A stretch of DNA of 64,000 nt from Psammoneis japonica (lineage: Eukaryota), in assembly GCA_008632985.1 (NCBI GenBank), contig QPGO01000196.1, forward strand, positions 62,001 through 126,000. The letters run 5' to 3'. Position numbers and translations under genes: made by a program. Positions 47,810 to 59,640 of the stretch are shown here, in pieces. Numbering within the stretch: the first letter of the stretch is position 1; the number at the start of each line of letters is the position of its first letter. The notes beneath the pieces were generated by a model. It saw only the letters and a program-made list of their open reading frames with translations. It did not search any database and was not told the DNA's origin.

Positions 47810-48703
47810 CGTACACACGTGCTTGAACCGGCAACCCGGAAACGGGTTGAGGTCACTTGCTTGACGAAGTCGCCCCACCTACATTCGATAACCCCGATAA
47901 ACATGTATGAATACTTCAATAATGAGGTGCGACGGGGGGCTGCTTCGCAGTCGACCCCAACTCGGCAAGCGTCCTCTTACATAACAACCCATGATAGGAA
48001 GGGGGGTGTTCCCTAACAGAACCCTACCCTACACCGTGCGAACCCTAACCCTGGGCACAGCAAGGAAGGGGGGCGTTCCCTAACCGAACCCTACCCTACA
48101 CCGTGCGAACCCTAACCCTGGGCAGTGCACCCTAACTGGAACCCCAGCAGTTAGGAACGGGTGGCCCTATCCCACTTAGGGAAGGGCGCGGCAGTGACGC
48201 CTTCGATTAAGCAAACATTGGAAAGCTCTAAGTAAAACACTCAGAACACGCGCAAAGCCATGGCAACCCCCAAGGGAGCAGAGGTGCTGATCACACCTTG
48301 AAGCAGCGAACCCAATGCAGAAGACAAGGCGACGTTCATGGTCCCACGTCTGCAAGCACACCTGCTCGAGCCCACGTGCCAGCAGGACAGGACCTCTGGG
48401 CACTGGCAAACCACCAGCACTCAGAATAAATTAGATGCTCTGATTGGTCCCCAACGTGTCAGTGAAAAGGTAAGCTCAGTGGTGGAGCTTCGCCGATCAT
48501 AGGACGAGGCCGGGGGTTCGAGGCCCTCCCTTTTTCCGTACACACGTGCTTGAACCGGCAACCCGGAAACGGGTTGAGGTCACTTGCTTGACGAAGTCGC
48601 CCCACCTACATTCGATAACCCCGATAAACATGTATGAATACTTCAATAATGAGGTGCGACGGGGGGCTGCTTCGCAGTCAACCCCAACTCGGCAAGCGTC
48701 CTC

Positions 48704-51700
48704 GACGCGTTCCAGACGTAGGTGGGAATCCGTGTGACATTGTGCACTGTGCTCGAAGAATGAGTGTAAACGAAAGTAGAATAGTGTACGAAAAGTGGAA
48801 ATTATGAGATTAAATTTTGCTCTTTGATTTTGGTTTCTCCGAACGAGTTCTCAATGGCCTAAAGCTTCTGTGCTGCTTCTACAGACAAAAGGCCTTTCGG
48901 AGAATATAATCGTGACAACAGATAGTCCGAATACGATTGCTTTTGACACATAAGATGTCAGCATCGTCCATCGATCGTATTTGCGATTTTCGACTTCCGA
49001 TCAACTCTGTGTGATCGTTCTGTCCTTCGCACGCATCCACGACTATGGCACGATTGACACATAAATGATGTGTAATCACATGTATGTACACAACAGTCGC
49101 GTGCTGCATTCGCCTCCCTAATTGCACATTAGAGTCATTTGTTAAGTGGATTATTCGACGGATATTGACAGTGTCAATAATGTCTCCACGTTCACTGTAT
49201 TGTGCCATTAGTGATGACTGTTGTCGTTTTGTATAGGCCATGTGGGGCCGTTCCAATTTCCGAATGTCTTATGAGAGTGACATCGTTTGTTTCTCACTTT
49301 ATATATATATGTATACACAGTATTACGTCGAGTATTCTCGTTGACGTTCTTTGTTGATATGAACACAAGGACCAATTGTCCTGCAGTGTTTTTCATGATA
49401 TCGATTGTACCTGGCATTATGCCCAGTGCTTGATGTACGCTCTTTTAATTATTATGGCGTTCACTTTACTTGTGGAGTTCGTGTAGTTCTGGCTGGCTAA
49501 CTTTATATGTGCCATGTTGCTCTGCTGCACTTCCACGTATCGTAAGTAATTAACGATGGTCAAGGATATTTTCTAACCATTTCGTCTTGATAATCCTGGG
49601 ATGGTTATGGATTCCTTTATGGATTTCTTTATTACTTCAACCATCTTTCCTTTGGATTTGATCGTTATTTGGACGTTTCTTTTTGACATACCGGTGACAT
49701 TTCGTCATTCCGAAGGCACTGCTTTTGTGCACTATTCGGATAAATAATGTCCATTTTTGTGTTTTGTTTCTGAATCTTTGGCACATCTCGTGTGACGTTA
49801 TTTATGTCTTGCCTCGTACATCGTACATTACAATCGTACGGGTGCTGTGAGATTGTCTTTTGCCAATGTGAAGTAGGTGCATATAATGTATGCCAATCTG
49901 TCACTGATTTTTTCTTTAACCGTCCCTAAATAAGGCGATTTTTTCCTTATGACATGAGCATTTTTGATCTCGCTCGCCTCCACGAAAAGTGTTCGTATGA
50001 TATGTCGAGTCCGACAATTTGGAGGAAATGTCTTTATCCCATTTTGTTCAGTGTCGAGAACTTTGCAATTTAACGGAAAGACATTGTCGTAGGATTTTGG
50101 TAGGACCTTTTCAGCTAACTCTTCTGTGCTGAGGTTTTCCATAGGTTCTATTTTTTTATAGTAAGTCGGCTGATCGCTCTTGCGACGACGTTCGCCTTGT
50201 CCTCGATGTATTTTAATTCGGGACTGAAATTTTTATTTTAAGTCGTCAACGCATGACTATGTCCGTTGTGTGTTATGAACCGTGTGTATAATAATCTGTT
50301 GGCCAAACAGTATATTCCGGGAATTATTAAGTGTTTCCACTATGGACAGAAGTTCTTTTTCCGTTGTGACTTGAATGTTACAATACCATGTTTGATAATG
50401 ACATAGTTTTTGATATGATGCGCTCCATATTTTCGGAGACTTTTCGTTCTGTACTTGTCCTTTTGCCGTTTGACCTTTATTGAGGTGGATTTGGCTAGAA
50501 ATGTACAGGAGATCATTGAGACTACATGTCTTTATAGTAGTAACGTATATCGACAAGCTGTCGTAATATTCTTTACGTTTTGCTCAATGTTGCGATTGCC
50601 GGAATCGCCTCCATTTTCTTTGTAATCGGATGTATACCGTTACGTATGGAAGTCTTGATAATATTTTTCAAGTTAAGTAGTGAAGGACTTTTGTTTGTTA
50701 ACCTTCAAAGCGACTGTTCTAGTCGTATGAATGCCATTTCAAGTTTTTCTTGTACAGGTGACATTTTGAAGTTACTTTCTGTCAGGTATAAACGTTCATT
50801 CATAGTCGTTCTGACAACTTTAAACCTGTCATGAGTTTGCTCATGTGTTGTATGAAAATATCTGGGGCTCTATAGATTCTTGTTGGAAGTCTATAGCACT
50901 CGTTTTCCCCCACGGCATTATTCTGATGTGAGCACGACGTGTGCTTTCTTGATTTTACATCGTGGTGTTCCATGTTTGAATCGTAATTTCATTTTTAAAT
51001 CTTCAATCTTTCATAATTGGTTAAATTCCTTTCAAATGGACGCCTCCAAAGACTATGATAGGAGAAGGTTCTCACACGTCGCGTAATCGCGTCAGATTTT
51101 TCATGGTGAGATCCACTGGTTCTTCCCATTCATTTGTCCAATGAACTTTTTCAAAAGGATTTTAAACCTCATAAGAAGGAGACTGAGTGGTTTATCTTCT
51201 TTTGGTTTAGATGTATTGCTGTAGCTGTCACTTGATTAGAATCGACGGTGTGATAATGTGAGTCGAGAACCATCGGTCTCGTTATTAACTCTATTCACTG
51301 GGTGATATTTTTCAATGTGATCGGCATTCAGCTGGAACATTTTTGTATCGAAGAGTGCATCAACATTCTTCATAGGGTAATTGCTTCATTCCCATTTGAT
51401 TTCTTCAATTGCGTAGTCTAGTATGATTGCAAGACTGGACATTAAGTCGCGTCCCATGATCATGTCATTCGACCTTGAAGGGTATTTGGTGTTATTGACA
51501 TGTGCTGTTTGAATATCAGTAAGTCTTAAATTCGCGTAGTGAGAACTGAATTCGGTGTTTACTATCAGTCGTAAAGAGCTCACCCTTGGTTTCCCAAGTT
51601 TTTTGGTGGCGGATATTTTGGTTCTCAACTTTCGCACGATTTTGCGTAAAATCATGGGCTGACGATGTTCTTTATCGAGAGAACACGTAGAAGCTTATTT

Positions 51701-53738
51701 TTTGCTTTTCTCAGAGTAGCAGTCATATAGACAGCGAGAATAGGACTCGCACAACATACTGTGATGCTTTTTCTGGGTTTCCAGACATCCTGTAACGCGT
51801 TATACTCCTCGAGCGGTATAAATTTTTGATCGGACTCGATCGGGTCAATTTTTCTAAATTGATAGTTTTATTCGCTAAGCGTTTTAGAGTCTTAATTTTT
51901 GCTCTTGCGCTTTTTATCTTTGTTCGAAGAACTCGCTTTGAGTATTTTTTTGAACTGCTTGGATAACCACAGCATTCAACTCTTCTTTGCGAGAGGCATT
52001 ATCGTTATCGCGACGCGACCGCGTGCGATTGCCATTTGAACTGTGCCGTTTTGGATCACATTTATCGTGTCCACGGCGTTCTTTCGCTAGTTCTTTTGCA
52101 GAATAGCCTGAATCCGTGATGCAGGTGTTCTTTATTGAAAGATTGGACCTTGCATTCACTTTGGATTGTTCTGGCACCACACAGGAGACCATTTTTGGAA
52201 CCAAAATTGGAACCTTTTTGATTATGGAATCAACTGCGCTATCAGAGCCTGAGTTGATAAATTTTTTTGTCACAGACGTCCTTGCCGACCTCTAGACGAC
52301 TCAAACCTCAATCAGCTTGTCAAGGGTATGATCCAGTAGTTCAACATTTTGGACAGTAGGCTGATGCTGCCATCCTTGCGGTGCGAGTGATAGCTGATAA
52401 CTCAGCGCTCGTTTTCCCGCTAGATTCGACTTAGAATCGATCTGAGGGTCATATAGACTCTCATCATTGACCTCTTGGGTCTATCAGAGGCTTCTTTGCT
52501 GTTGAGCGGCTCTGGTTTCTTCAGGTCGTCTCGAAAATAATTTCCCTGATTCTGAAGTGCATTTCCTCAGAGGACATGAGTTATGAGACGCTTGAGGTAC
52601 TTTCCAACGATTCCCTCTTGCTCCTTGGACTCGAGGATCATCGATTCGGTCTCAAAAAACTCTCCAATAGTCTCTCCTTGCATGGTAGACGTATTTCTCG
52701 GATCTGATCGACTCGGAACTTGCATTCTCTGCAACCATGAATTGGTGTAGATTTTTTGATAATGCGGTGTACTTGAGAGCCCTTGATCCTTGGGTGCTTG
52801 GAATAGACCGTATTAGAGCGAATCCTCTCGTTTGGTAGACGAAAAACAGCGTTCCATCTTGAGGTACTGCTCGGATTGAGCTTCTTCCGCTCGGAAATCG
52901 ATTCCAGCAGAACTGATGCGATTCGCTCCTGTTTATAGAAGAATTTACAAAGGCATGTTAGTTAAAATTTTCATTTTCCGTGCTTTTTACCTTCTGTGGT
53001 GTGTATACACAATGCACTATGCTCGAAGAACGAGTGTAAACGAAAGTAGAATAGTGTACGAAAAGTGGAAATTATGAGATTAAATTTTGCTCTTTGATTT
53101 TGGTTTCTCCGAACGAGTTCTCAATGGCCTAAAGCTTCTGTGCTGCTTCTACAGACAAAAGGCCTTTCGGAGAATATAATCGTGACAACAGATAGTCCGA
53201 ATACGATTGCTTTTGACACATAAGATGTCAGCATCGTCCATCGATCGTATTTGCGATTTTCGACTTCCGATCAACTCTGTGTGATCGTTCTGTCCTTCGC
53301 ACGCATCCACGACTGTGGCACGATTGACACATAAATGATGTGTAATCACATGTATGTACACAACAGTCGCATACTGCAATTGGGCCCGTAGACTTCTACG
53401 TGCGAGCTCCGTAGTAATTTATATGGTAATTAAAATGTCAATGATCGCCAACAGAAAATGAGGCAATTTTGCGAACGCACAAACTCGCACATGATTTAAG
53501 TGCATCATTTTTTACTTAGCCAGTTACATTCTTCAGACATTGAAGAATGTAACTGGCGCATTATTGTTTCTATAAATTTGTCATATAAAACGTCTGGGGC
53601 TTCGCAAAACAGCGAGTCTGGACAATTTTTTTTAAATATCACAAGTAGAAATCTACGTACGAAACATACGACGGATGATAAAAATTATTGTTGTCACACG
53701 TCAGTACTACGAGCTCCCACCTAGGGCTGGAATGCGTC
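48704..53738. mobile_element. MITE family M, copy 4, split by N3
   Basis: Left TIR at 48704 and right TIR ending at 53738. TSD CCTC. The halves rejoin across ATTG. Confidence 0.9.
48743..53378 (-). mobile_element. Non-autonomous gypsy N3
   Basis: 366 bp near-identical LTRs at 48743-49108 and 53013-53378. TSD ATTG. The decayed interior is collinear with N1. Confidence 0.94.
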
Positions 53739-53791
53739 CCTCTTACATGACAACCCATGATAGGAAGGGGGGTGTTCCCTAACCGAACCCT

Positions 53792-54186
53792 GACGCGTTC
53801 CAGACGTAGGTGGGAATCCGGGTGACATTGGGCCCGTAGACTTCTACGTGCGAGCTCCGTAGTAAAATTATACGGTAATTAAAATGTCAATGATCGCCAA
53901 CAGAAAATGAGGCAATTTTGCGAACGCACAAACTCGCACATGATTGAAGTACATCATTTTTTACTTAGCCAGTTACATTCTTCAGACATTGAAGAATGTA
54001 ACTGGCGCATTGTTGTTTCTATAAATTTGTCATATAAAACGTCTGGGGCTTCGCAAAACAGCAAGTCTGGACAATTTTTTTTAAATGTCACACGTAGAAA
54101 TCTACGTACGAAACATACGACGGATGATAAAAATTATTGTTGTCACACGTCAGTACTACGAGCCCCACCTAGGGCTGGAACGCGTC
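53792..54186. mobile_element. MITE family M, copy 5
   Basis: Same TIRs. TSD CCCT/CCCC. Near-identical to copy 4. Confidence 0.9.
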
Positions 54187-54795
54187 CCCCACCCTACACC
54201 GTGCGAACCCTAACCCTGGGCACAGCAAGGAAGGGGGGCGTTCCCTAACCGAACCCCACCCCACACCGTGCGAACCCTAACCCTGGGCAGTGCACCCTAA
54301 CTGGAACCCCAGTAGTTAGGAACGGGTGGCCCTGTCCCACTTAGGGAAGGGCGCGGCAGTGACGCCTTCGATTAAGCAAACATTGGAAAGCTCTAAGTAA
54401 AACACTTAGAACACGCGCAAAGCCATGGCAACCCCCAAGGGAGCAGAGGTGCTGATCACACCTTGAAGCCGCGAACCCAATGTAGAAGACAAGACAACGT
54501 TCATGGTCCCGCGTCTGCAAGCACACCTGCTCGAGCCCACGTGCCAGCAGGACAGGACCTCTGGGCAATGGCAAACCACCAGCACTCAGAATAAATTAGA
54601 TGCTCTGATTGGTCCCCAATGTGTCAGTGAAAAGGTAAGCTCAGTGGTGGAGCTTCGCCGATCGTAGGACGAGGCCGGGGGTTCGAGTCCCTCCCTTTTT
54701 CCGTACACACGTGCTTGAACCGGCAACCCGGAAACGGGTTGAGGTCACTTGCTTGACGAAGTNCGCCCCACCTACATTCGATAACCCCGATAAAC

Positions 54796-57700
54796 ACAAC
54801 GCCTTGATGCCTGCCTGCCATACAAATCTTGCCATTTTCCAACGATTTTGGAACAACTCCCTCTCCAAAATCCAAGCCATTACCTGCCTGCAAGGCCCAG
54901 TTCTTTCCCGCTTTACCGTTCGCCATGTACATGTACACCACTCCACCAGGCGATGTAGTGCGTGAACTTCTCACAAGCGCATGCTCTATAGCTAGATCGT
55001 AGCTAACCCACTGCTGTAGACATTACGTCACCACTAACAAATATCCTAAATCTTGTTGTCCCTCACTAAAGCTGATCATTCTACTTTCAAGCCTTAATTT
55101 ACCTTTTCCGTGATGTATTCCATTGCATCATTTTGCTTGGACTTACCCATCTTTGTGTTGCCCGAAGTGATGGCGACACGTTGCATCACAGCATCTGTAA
55201 CTCGGTGCAGCTCTTGGCCTTCATGAACAAACTTCTTTCCCTTGAAGGACGCCCACTTCGTCTCGAGGAATCCTTCTTGGTTAGCGTAATAACGCGTGGA
55301 GAGCATGACACTTTCCGGGAAGCACAAAATGAATTGACGGATGCCAGCACCATGGATGCTGCCATCCTCCTCGTCACGCAGCTTTTGCGCAAACTTCTTA
55401 TTTTTCATTTCAGTCTGGCTGCAGGCATCACACCAGTCTATAGCCTTCACATGATAGAGATGATATTTGTGCCTGCACTGATACGGCGCTGACGGAACTG
55501 TCATCAAGATGTCCGTCTCCGAGACAACTGAGCCCGGCAGTTGTTCATGAAGAAGTCCTGAGCATGGGCGGAATAGTTCACTATGTCAAAACCTTTGTGA
55601 ACTTTTCCATCATCCACAGGACTGTCTTTGTCCCTAAAGAAGGTGATCCCAAGGTTGCCGAATGTGTCGTGGTTGGTCGGATCGTCGAGGTCCACCATAA
55701 CCACCTTCAAACCTGTGGCAGAAGAAAGCAACACCAAATGGCAAGTTGTGTCGAGTATCCTCGCCGGAAGAGTCAGTGTCAAATCCTGACATGGCGGTGT
55801 TGGACTTCTGTTGGTGGTGAGTCGTGCTGTGGATCTCTCGGCCGGTTTGAACGCCGAGGTTTCCGAGATGTCGACAGTGCTCTGCTTCTGGAAGCGAGCG
55901 ATAATAACGAATGCGTTGGCGAATTTTTTCTCTCAAATCAGATCCAGGTGGCCCGAAGAGATCACTTTGCCCTTTGCAAAGCCTGCAAACGTGAAGGTGA
56001 TGTGGGAGTCGTTGCTGCCCAAATGCAAGCCCGCCCGATTCCTCAATGTGTGTGATGAGTTCGCACTCGAGTTCTAATGGAAGTCCACAGCTGTTGGACC
56101 ATTGAACTTGTTGCTGACAGTTGCCAACAGTAGTACCGCTGTCTTCTGCTGTTTTTGTGTCACTTGGGGTGTTCCCGTCCATGAGCAATGCACAGCGACA
56201 TGAAACAAAAGTTTTCGCTGAAGCCAGCCGATCTCTTTGGAAGAGCAATCTGGTTTGTTGAAAGCGCACCAAAAACATCTGCAACGCATTGGATTTCAAT
56301 AAGTAAATATAACGGTTGGAATTCTGGGGGCAATTGAACTTCCTAAGTAGAAAGATGCCGTTAACGGTTGGATTTTTTCGCGTGACTGAATTTTCGCTCG
56401 TCTTTCCAAAAACCGACGATGCACCATGATGGGCCGAACGGAGAAACGACAAACAAAAGACCGCCCAAAGAAATGGGAGGAGCCAACAAAGAAGATGGGA
56501 GGAGATAAGGAGAGGCCACCTGCAAAAAAACAGAGCGAGGAAGCAGCTCGGTGGAGGAAAAGCTCAGCAAAAGCTCTGCTTCAGCAGGATCTCCGACAAG
56601 GCCAGATCCCACTTGATGCGGCTACCATGAGTGCCGAGGACATATGGTGGCAACGTACAGAGTTTGTTGACTTCAGCTTTGACTTTTTTTAAAGCCCGTT
56701 TGGTGTGCTATCACAACAAAATATTCAAGGAAACTCACCCAGAGCTGGCACTACCACAGCACATCACAGGTGGCAGGAAATCCCGAACGAAGGAGGACAA
56801 AGCAGCGGATAAGGCAAAAAAGGAAGAAGCAAAAAAGAAGCATTCACAAGAAGCAATTTTGTGGAGGAAAGGTGGGCCAAGGCATCTCCTCCAGCAAGAT
56901 CTCCGTCGAGGGGAAATCCCAGTTGACGACAGTGGCATGACTGCTGATGAAGCATGGTGGCAACGCCCAGAATATACCGAGTTCAGCCTTGAGTTCTTCG
57001 AGGCTCGTTTGGAGCACTATAGAGAAAAAGCATGCATGGAAAATCATCAAGCTGCTGCTGATGAGCTAGCACTGGCTCATGACAGGCGGCTGTTCCCCAA
57101 GAAGCCAACCAATTCCATTGGCAAGCCTCGATGGGATCTTTGGCAGAAAAATATTTGAAGACAGACATTGACAAGGAAAAGCACACAGTGCTTGCACCAC
57201 GAGAACTTTGCAAAACCCATGAAGAGCACCAGGTATTCGAGCTAGAGGTGTTCAGAAAGCACATTCACCAAGAGGTGAAAAAGCGAAAATACATTGCGTG
57301 GTGCAAGAACGATGCAGAGAAGAAGGCAAAGGGAGAAAAGAAGTAGTAACTTTCCAGAAACTACCTAATTAGTAGCTGCTACCTTGTTCCACCACCATGC
57401 CATCCCCACGCTTTTTCTTCTTGGCGCCACCCTCCATGGTCGTCTTGAATGATGCGAGCAAGCGATCCGCAAGTTTCTTGACATCGCTCTCGTCAAGTCC
57501 CATCTTGCCAACCTTCCTGGCGAGCACATCGACTTCTTCTAAAGGCTGCATCTCCTTGATGAACTTCTTCTTGATGTAGAACGTGTCGTCCTTTTCATGC
57601 AAAAGCACCTTGACCTTCTGCGCGGTGATCTTTTTCACCCTTCCCCATTCGCCTTGGTGTTCTCCACCGACAACGTCAACGATACTTCCTTTGGCAATCA

Positions 57701-58296
57701 TGGTGGCCTTTTCTGTTCCAATTGTGGATTGTGATTTGACTGCGAGTGTGAGCTGTGTAGTGCTGTGCTGTAGCATGGACCGTGAGCATGTGGAACTACA
57801 TTTGCACACTACAATTGTAGCCCACCTAATCTATACGGCAAACCTGTCGAACATGTAAGTCCCACAAAATCTTGACTATTTTTATAGCTACGCGAGGGTA
57901 AGAGCCACAATTCCACAACAAAATTCACTGGTCCGCACGATGCTTCATATGTCGAGTAGTCAAGTGCTGCGGGTTGGCCTGCAGCTCTATGGAGTTGACA
58001 TCCATCACCAGAAACGGTCATCTGAGGTGGGTAACATCCGTCGATTCAAAAAAGTCTATGGCTCTAGCCCTGAAGTTTGCAAGAAAATTTTTCATGACCT
58101 CCAAATGACCAAGGTAGAAGCGGCAAGGATTGATCCAGCAGACATCTGTCTCGACTATTTCTTTATGGCCATGAATTTCCTAAAACTGTATGAAACGGAG
58201 GAAGTCCGCTCGGCCACTTTTGACGCATCTGAAAATACAATGCGCAGGTGGGTATGGCATTATGTTAGAAGGATTCAAGCACTCAAGAAAGAAAAA
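54796..58296 (+). repeat. Direct duplication of the Harbinger core 43121-~46995
   Basis: Starts CAACGCCTTGATGCC as at 43121 and is collinear apart from the MITE and small indels. Confidence 0.92.
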
Positions 58297-58410
58297 ATCC
58301 TTTCGGAGACGTTTCGCCACGGCATCAAGAAGCATCGACGATGCTTCGAGGCCGTGTGCATGATTGCGCAGTGCCAGTTGGAATGTGGCTCACCCCTCTT
58401 TGACATTTAG
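57940..58410 (+). pseudogene. Harbinger transposase copy 2: N-terminus fused to C-terminus, catalytic core deleted
   Basis: Near-identical N-terminus to 46640 up to LKKE, then ILSETFRHGIKKHRRCFEAVCMIAQ..LFDI. Confidence 0.75.
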
Positions 58411-59640
58411 AGTGTGACGTCACATCACGATGTTTCTAGTAGTCATTAACATTTAACAAATGACTTTCCACGATGAGTGGTCATTAATGACTTTCCACGA
58501 TATTTAATGACTTTCCACGATAGCATCGTGGAAAGTAAAGACTTTCCACGATGGAAATGAATCGTGGAATACTTTCCACCATGCGACTACCTTCCGTTAA
58601 ATTATGACTGCATTGAATAATCATTACATACATTAATTAAATGTGTTTGAATTAATGGGGCAGTAAGTATTTTTTCAACGGACAGTGAGAGGGCAACATG
58701 TGGATTCAGATGTCCTCTTCACGTAATCCCATAGTAGATTCTATACTGAGAAGTACGAGCGTGCCCAGTACGACACTCAACGTACTTTCCACGCTTTTGC
58801 GGCGACTTCCAGTACTCGATGTACGCTCTTGTTTATGGCGGTCACTTACTTGTGGATTTCGTGTAGTTTGGCGGGCTTACTTTATGTGCCACATTGCTCT
58901 GCTGCACTACCACATTTCACAAGCAATTAACGATGGTCAAGGACATGACCATTTCGTCTTGATAATCAATCCTGTGATGGTTATGAATTCCATTATGGAT
59001 TTTTTGTACTTCAACCATCTATCAGTTGGATTTTAATCATGATTTGGACGTTTCTTTTTGACATGCCGGTGCTATTTTGTCATTCCGTAGGCACTGCTTT
59101 CGTGCACTAAGTGGATAAATGTCCATTTTTCTTTTCTTTTTCTGAATCTTTGGCACATCTCGTGTGTCGACATGATAAGTTATTTATGTCTTGCCTCGTA
59201 CATTGTACAATGCAACCGTATGGGTGTTGTGAGATTGTCTTTTGCCATTGTGAAGTGGATGCATATAATGCACACCAATCTGTCACTGTTTTTTCCTAAC
59301 CGTCCTTTAATGAGGTGATTATATCCTCATGACATGAGCATTTTTCGATCTCACTCGCCTCCATGAAAAGTGTTCGTATGACATGTTGCGTCCAACAATT
59401 TGGAGGGAATGTCTTTATCCCGTTTTAACGGCAGGACAGTGTCGTAGGATTCAATTTTCTACACCATAGTAAGTCAGCTGATCGCGTCTATCATGACGAT
59501 GTTCGCCTTGCCCTCGATGCATTTTAATTCGGGACTAAAGTTTTCTATAGTAAGTCGCCAACGTATGACTTTGTCCGTTGTGTCTTATGATCTGTATGTG
59601 TGTTAATCTGTTGGCCAAACAGTGTGTTTCGGAATTTTAT

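Larger units (their letters stand above)
47288..54795 (+). repeat. Head-to-tail 727 bp unit (one partial + three copies) with tRNA-like cassette and CCCTAA-like motifs, interrupted by MITEs and N3
   Basis: GGGTTGAGGTCACTTGC recurs at 47288, 47844, 48571 and ~54736. Units join as AAACA|TGTATG at 47346, 47903 and 48630. Confidence 0.88.
37315..58809. mobile_element. Large PIF/Harbinger-type DNA transposon with a duplicated core and nested insertions
   Basis: 26 bp TIR GAAGTCGCCGCAAAAGCGTGGAAAGT at both ends. TSD CAG at 37312-37314 and 58810-58812. Subterminal TGACTTTCCACGAT repeats. DDE_Tnp_4-like transposase remnants inside. Confidence 0.88.

Noticed and set aside
47810..47903. Self-cleaving ribozyme downstream of the tRNA-like cassette
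   Set aside because: A GAAA-tetraloop hairpin is present, but no CTGANGA hammerhead core was found on either strand. A covariance-model search would be needed.
48010..48135. Telomere or interstitial telomeric array
   Set aside because: Only scattered CCCTAA/AACCCT motifs within a complex repeat unit, with no pure tandem run.
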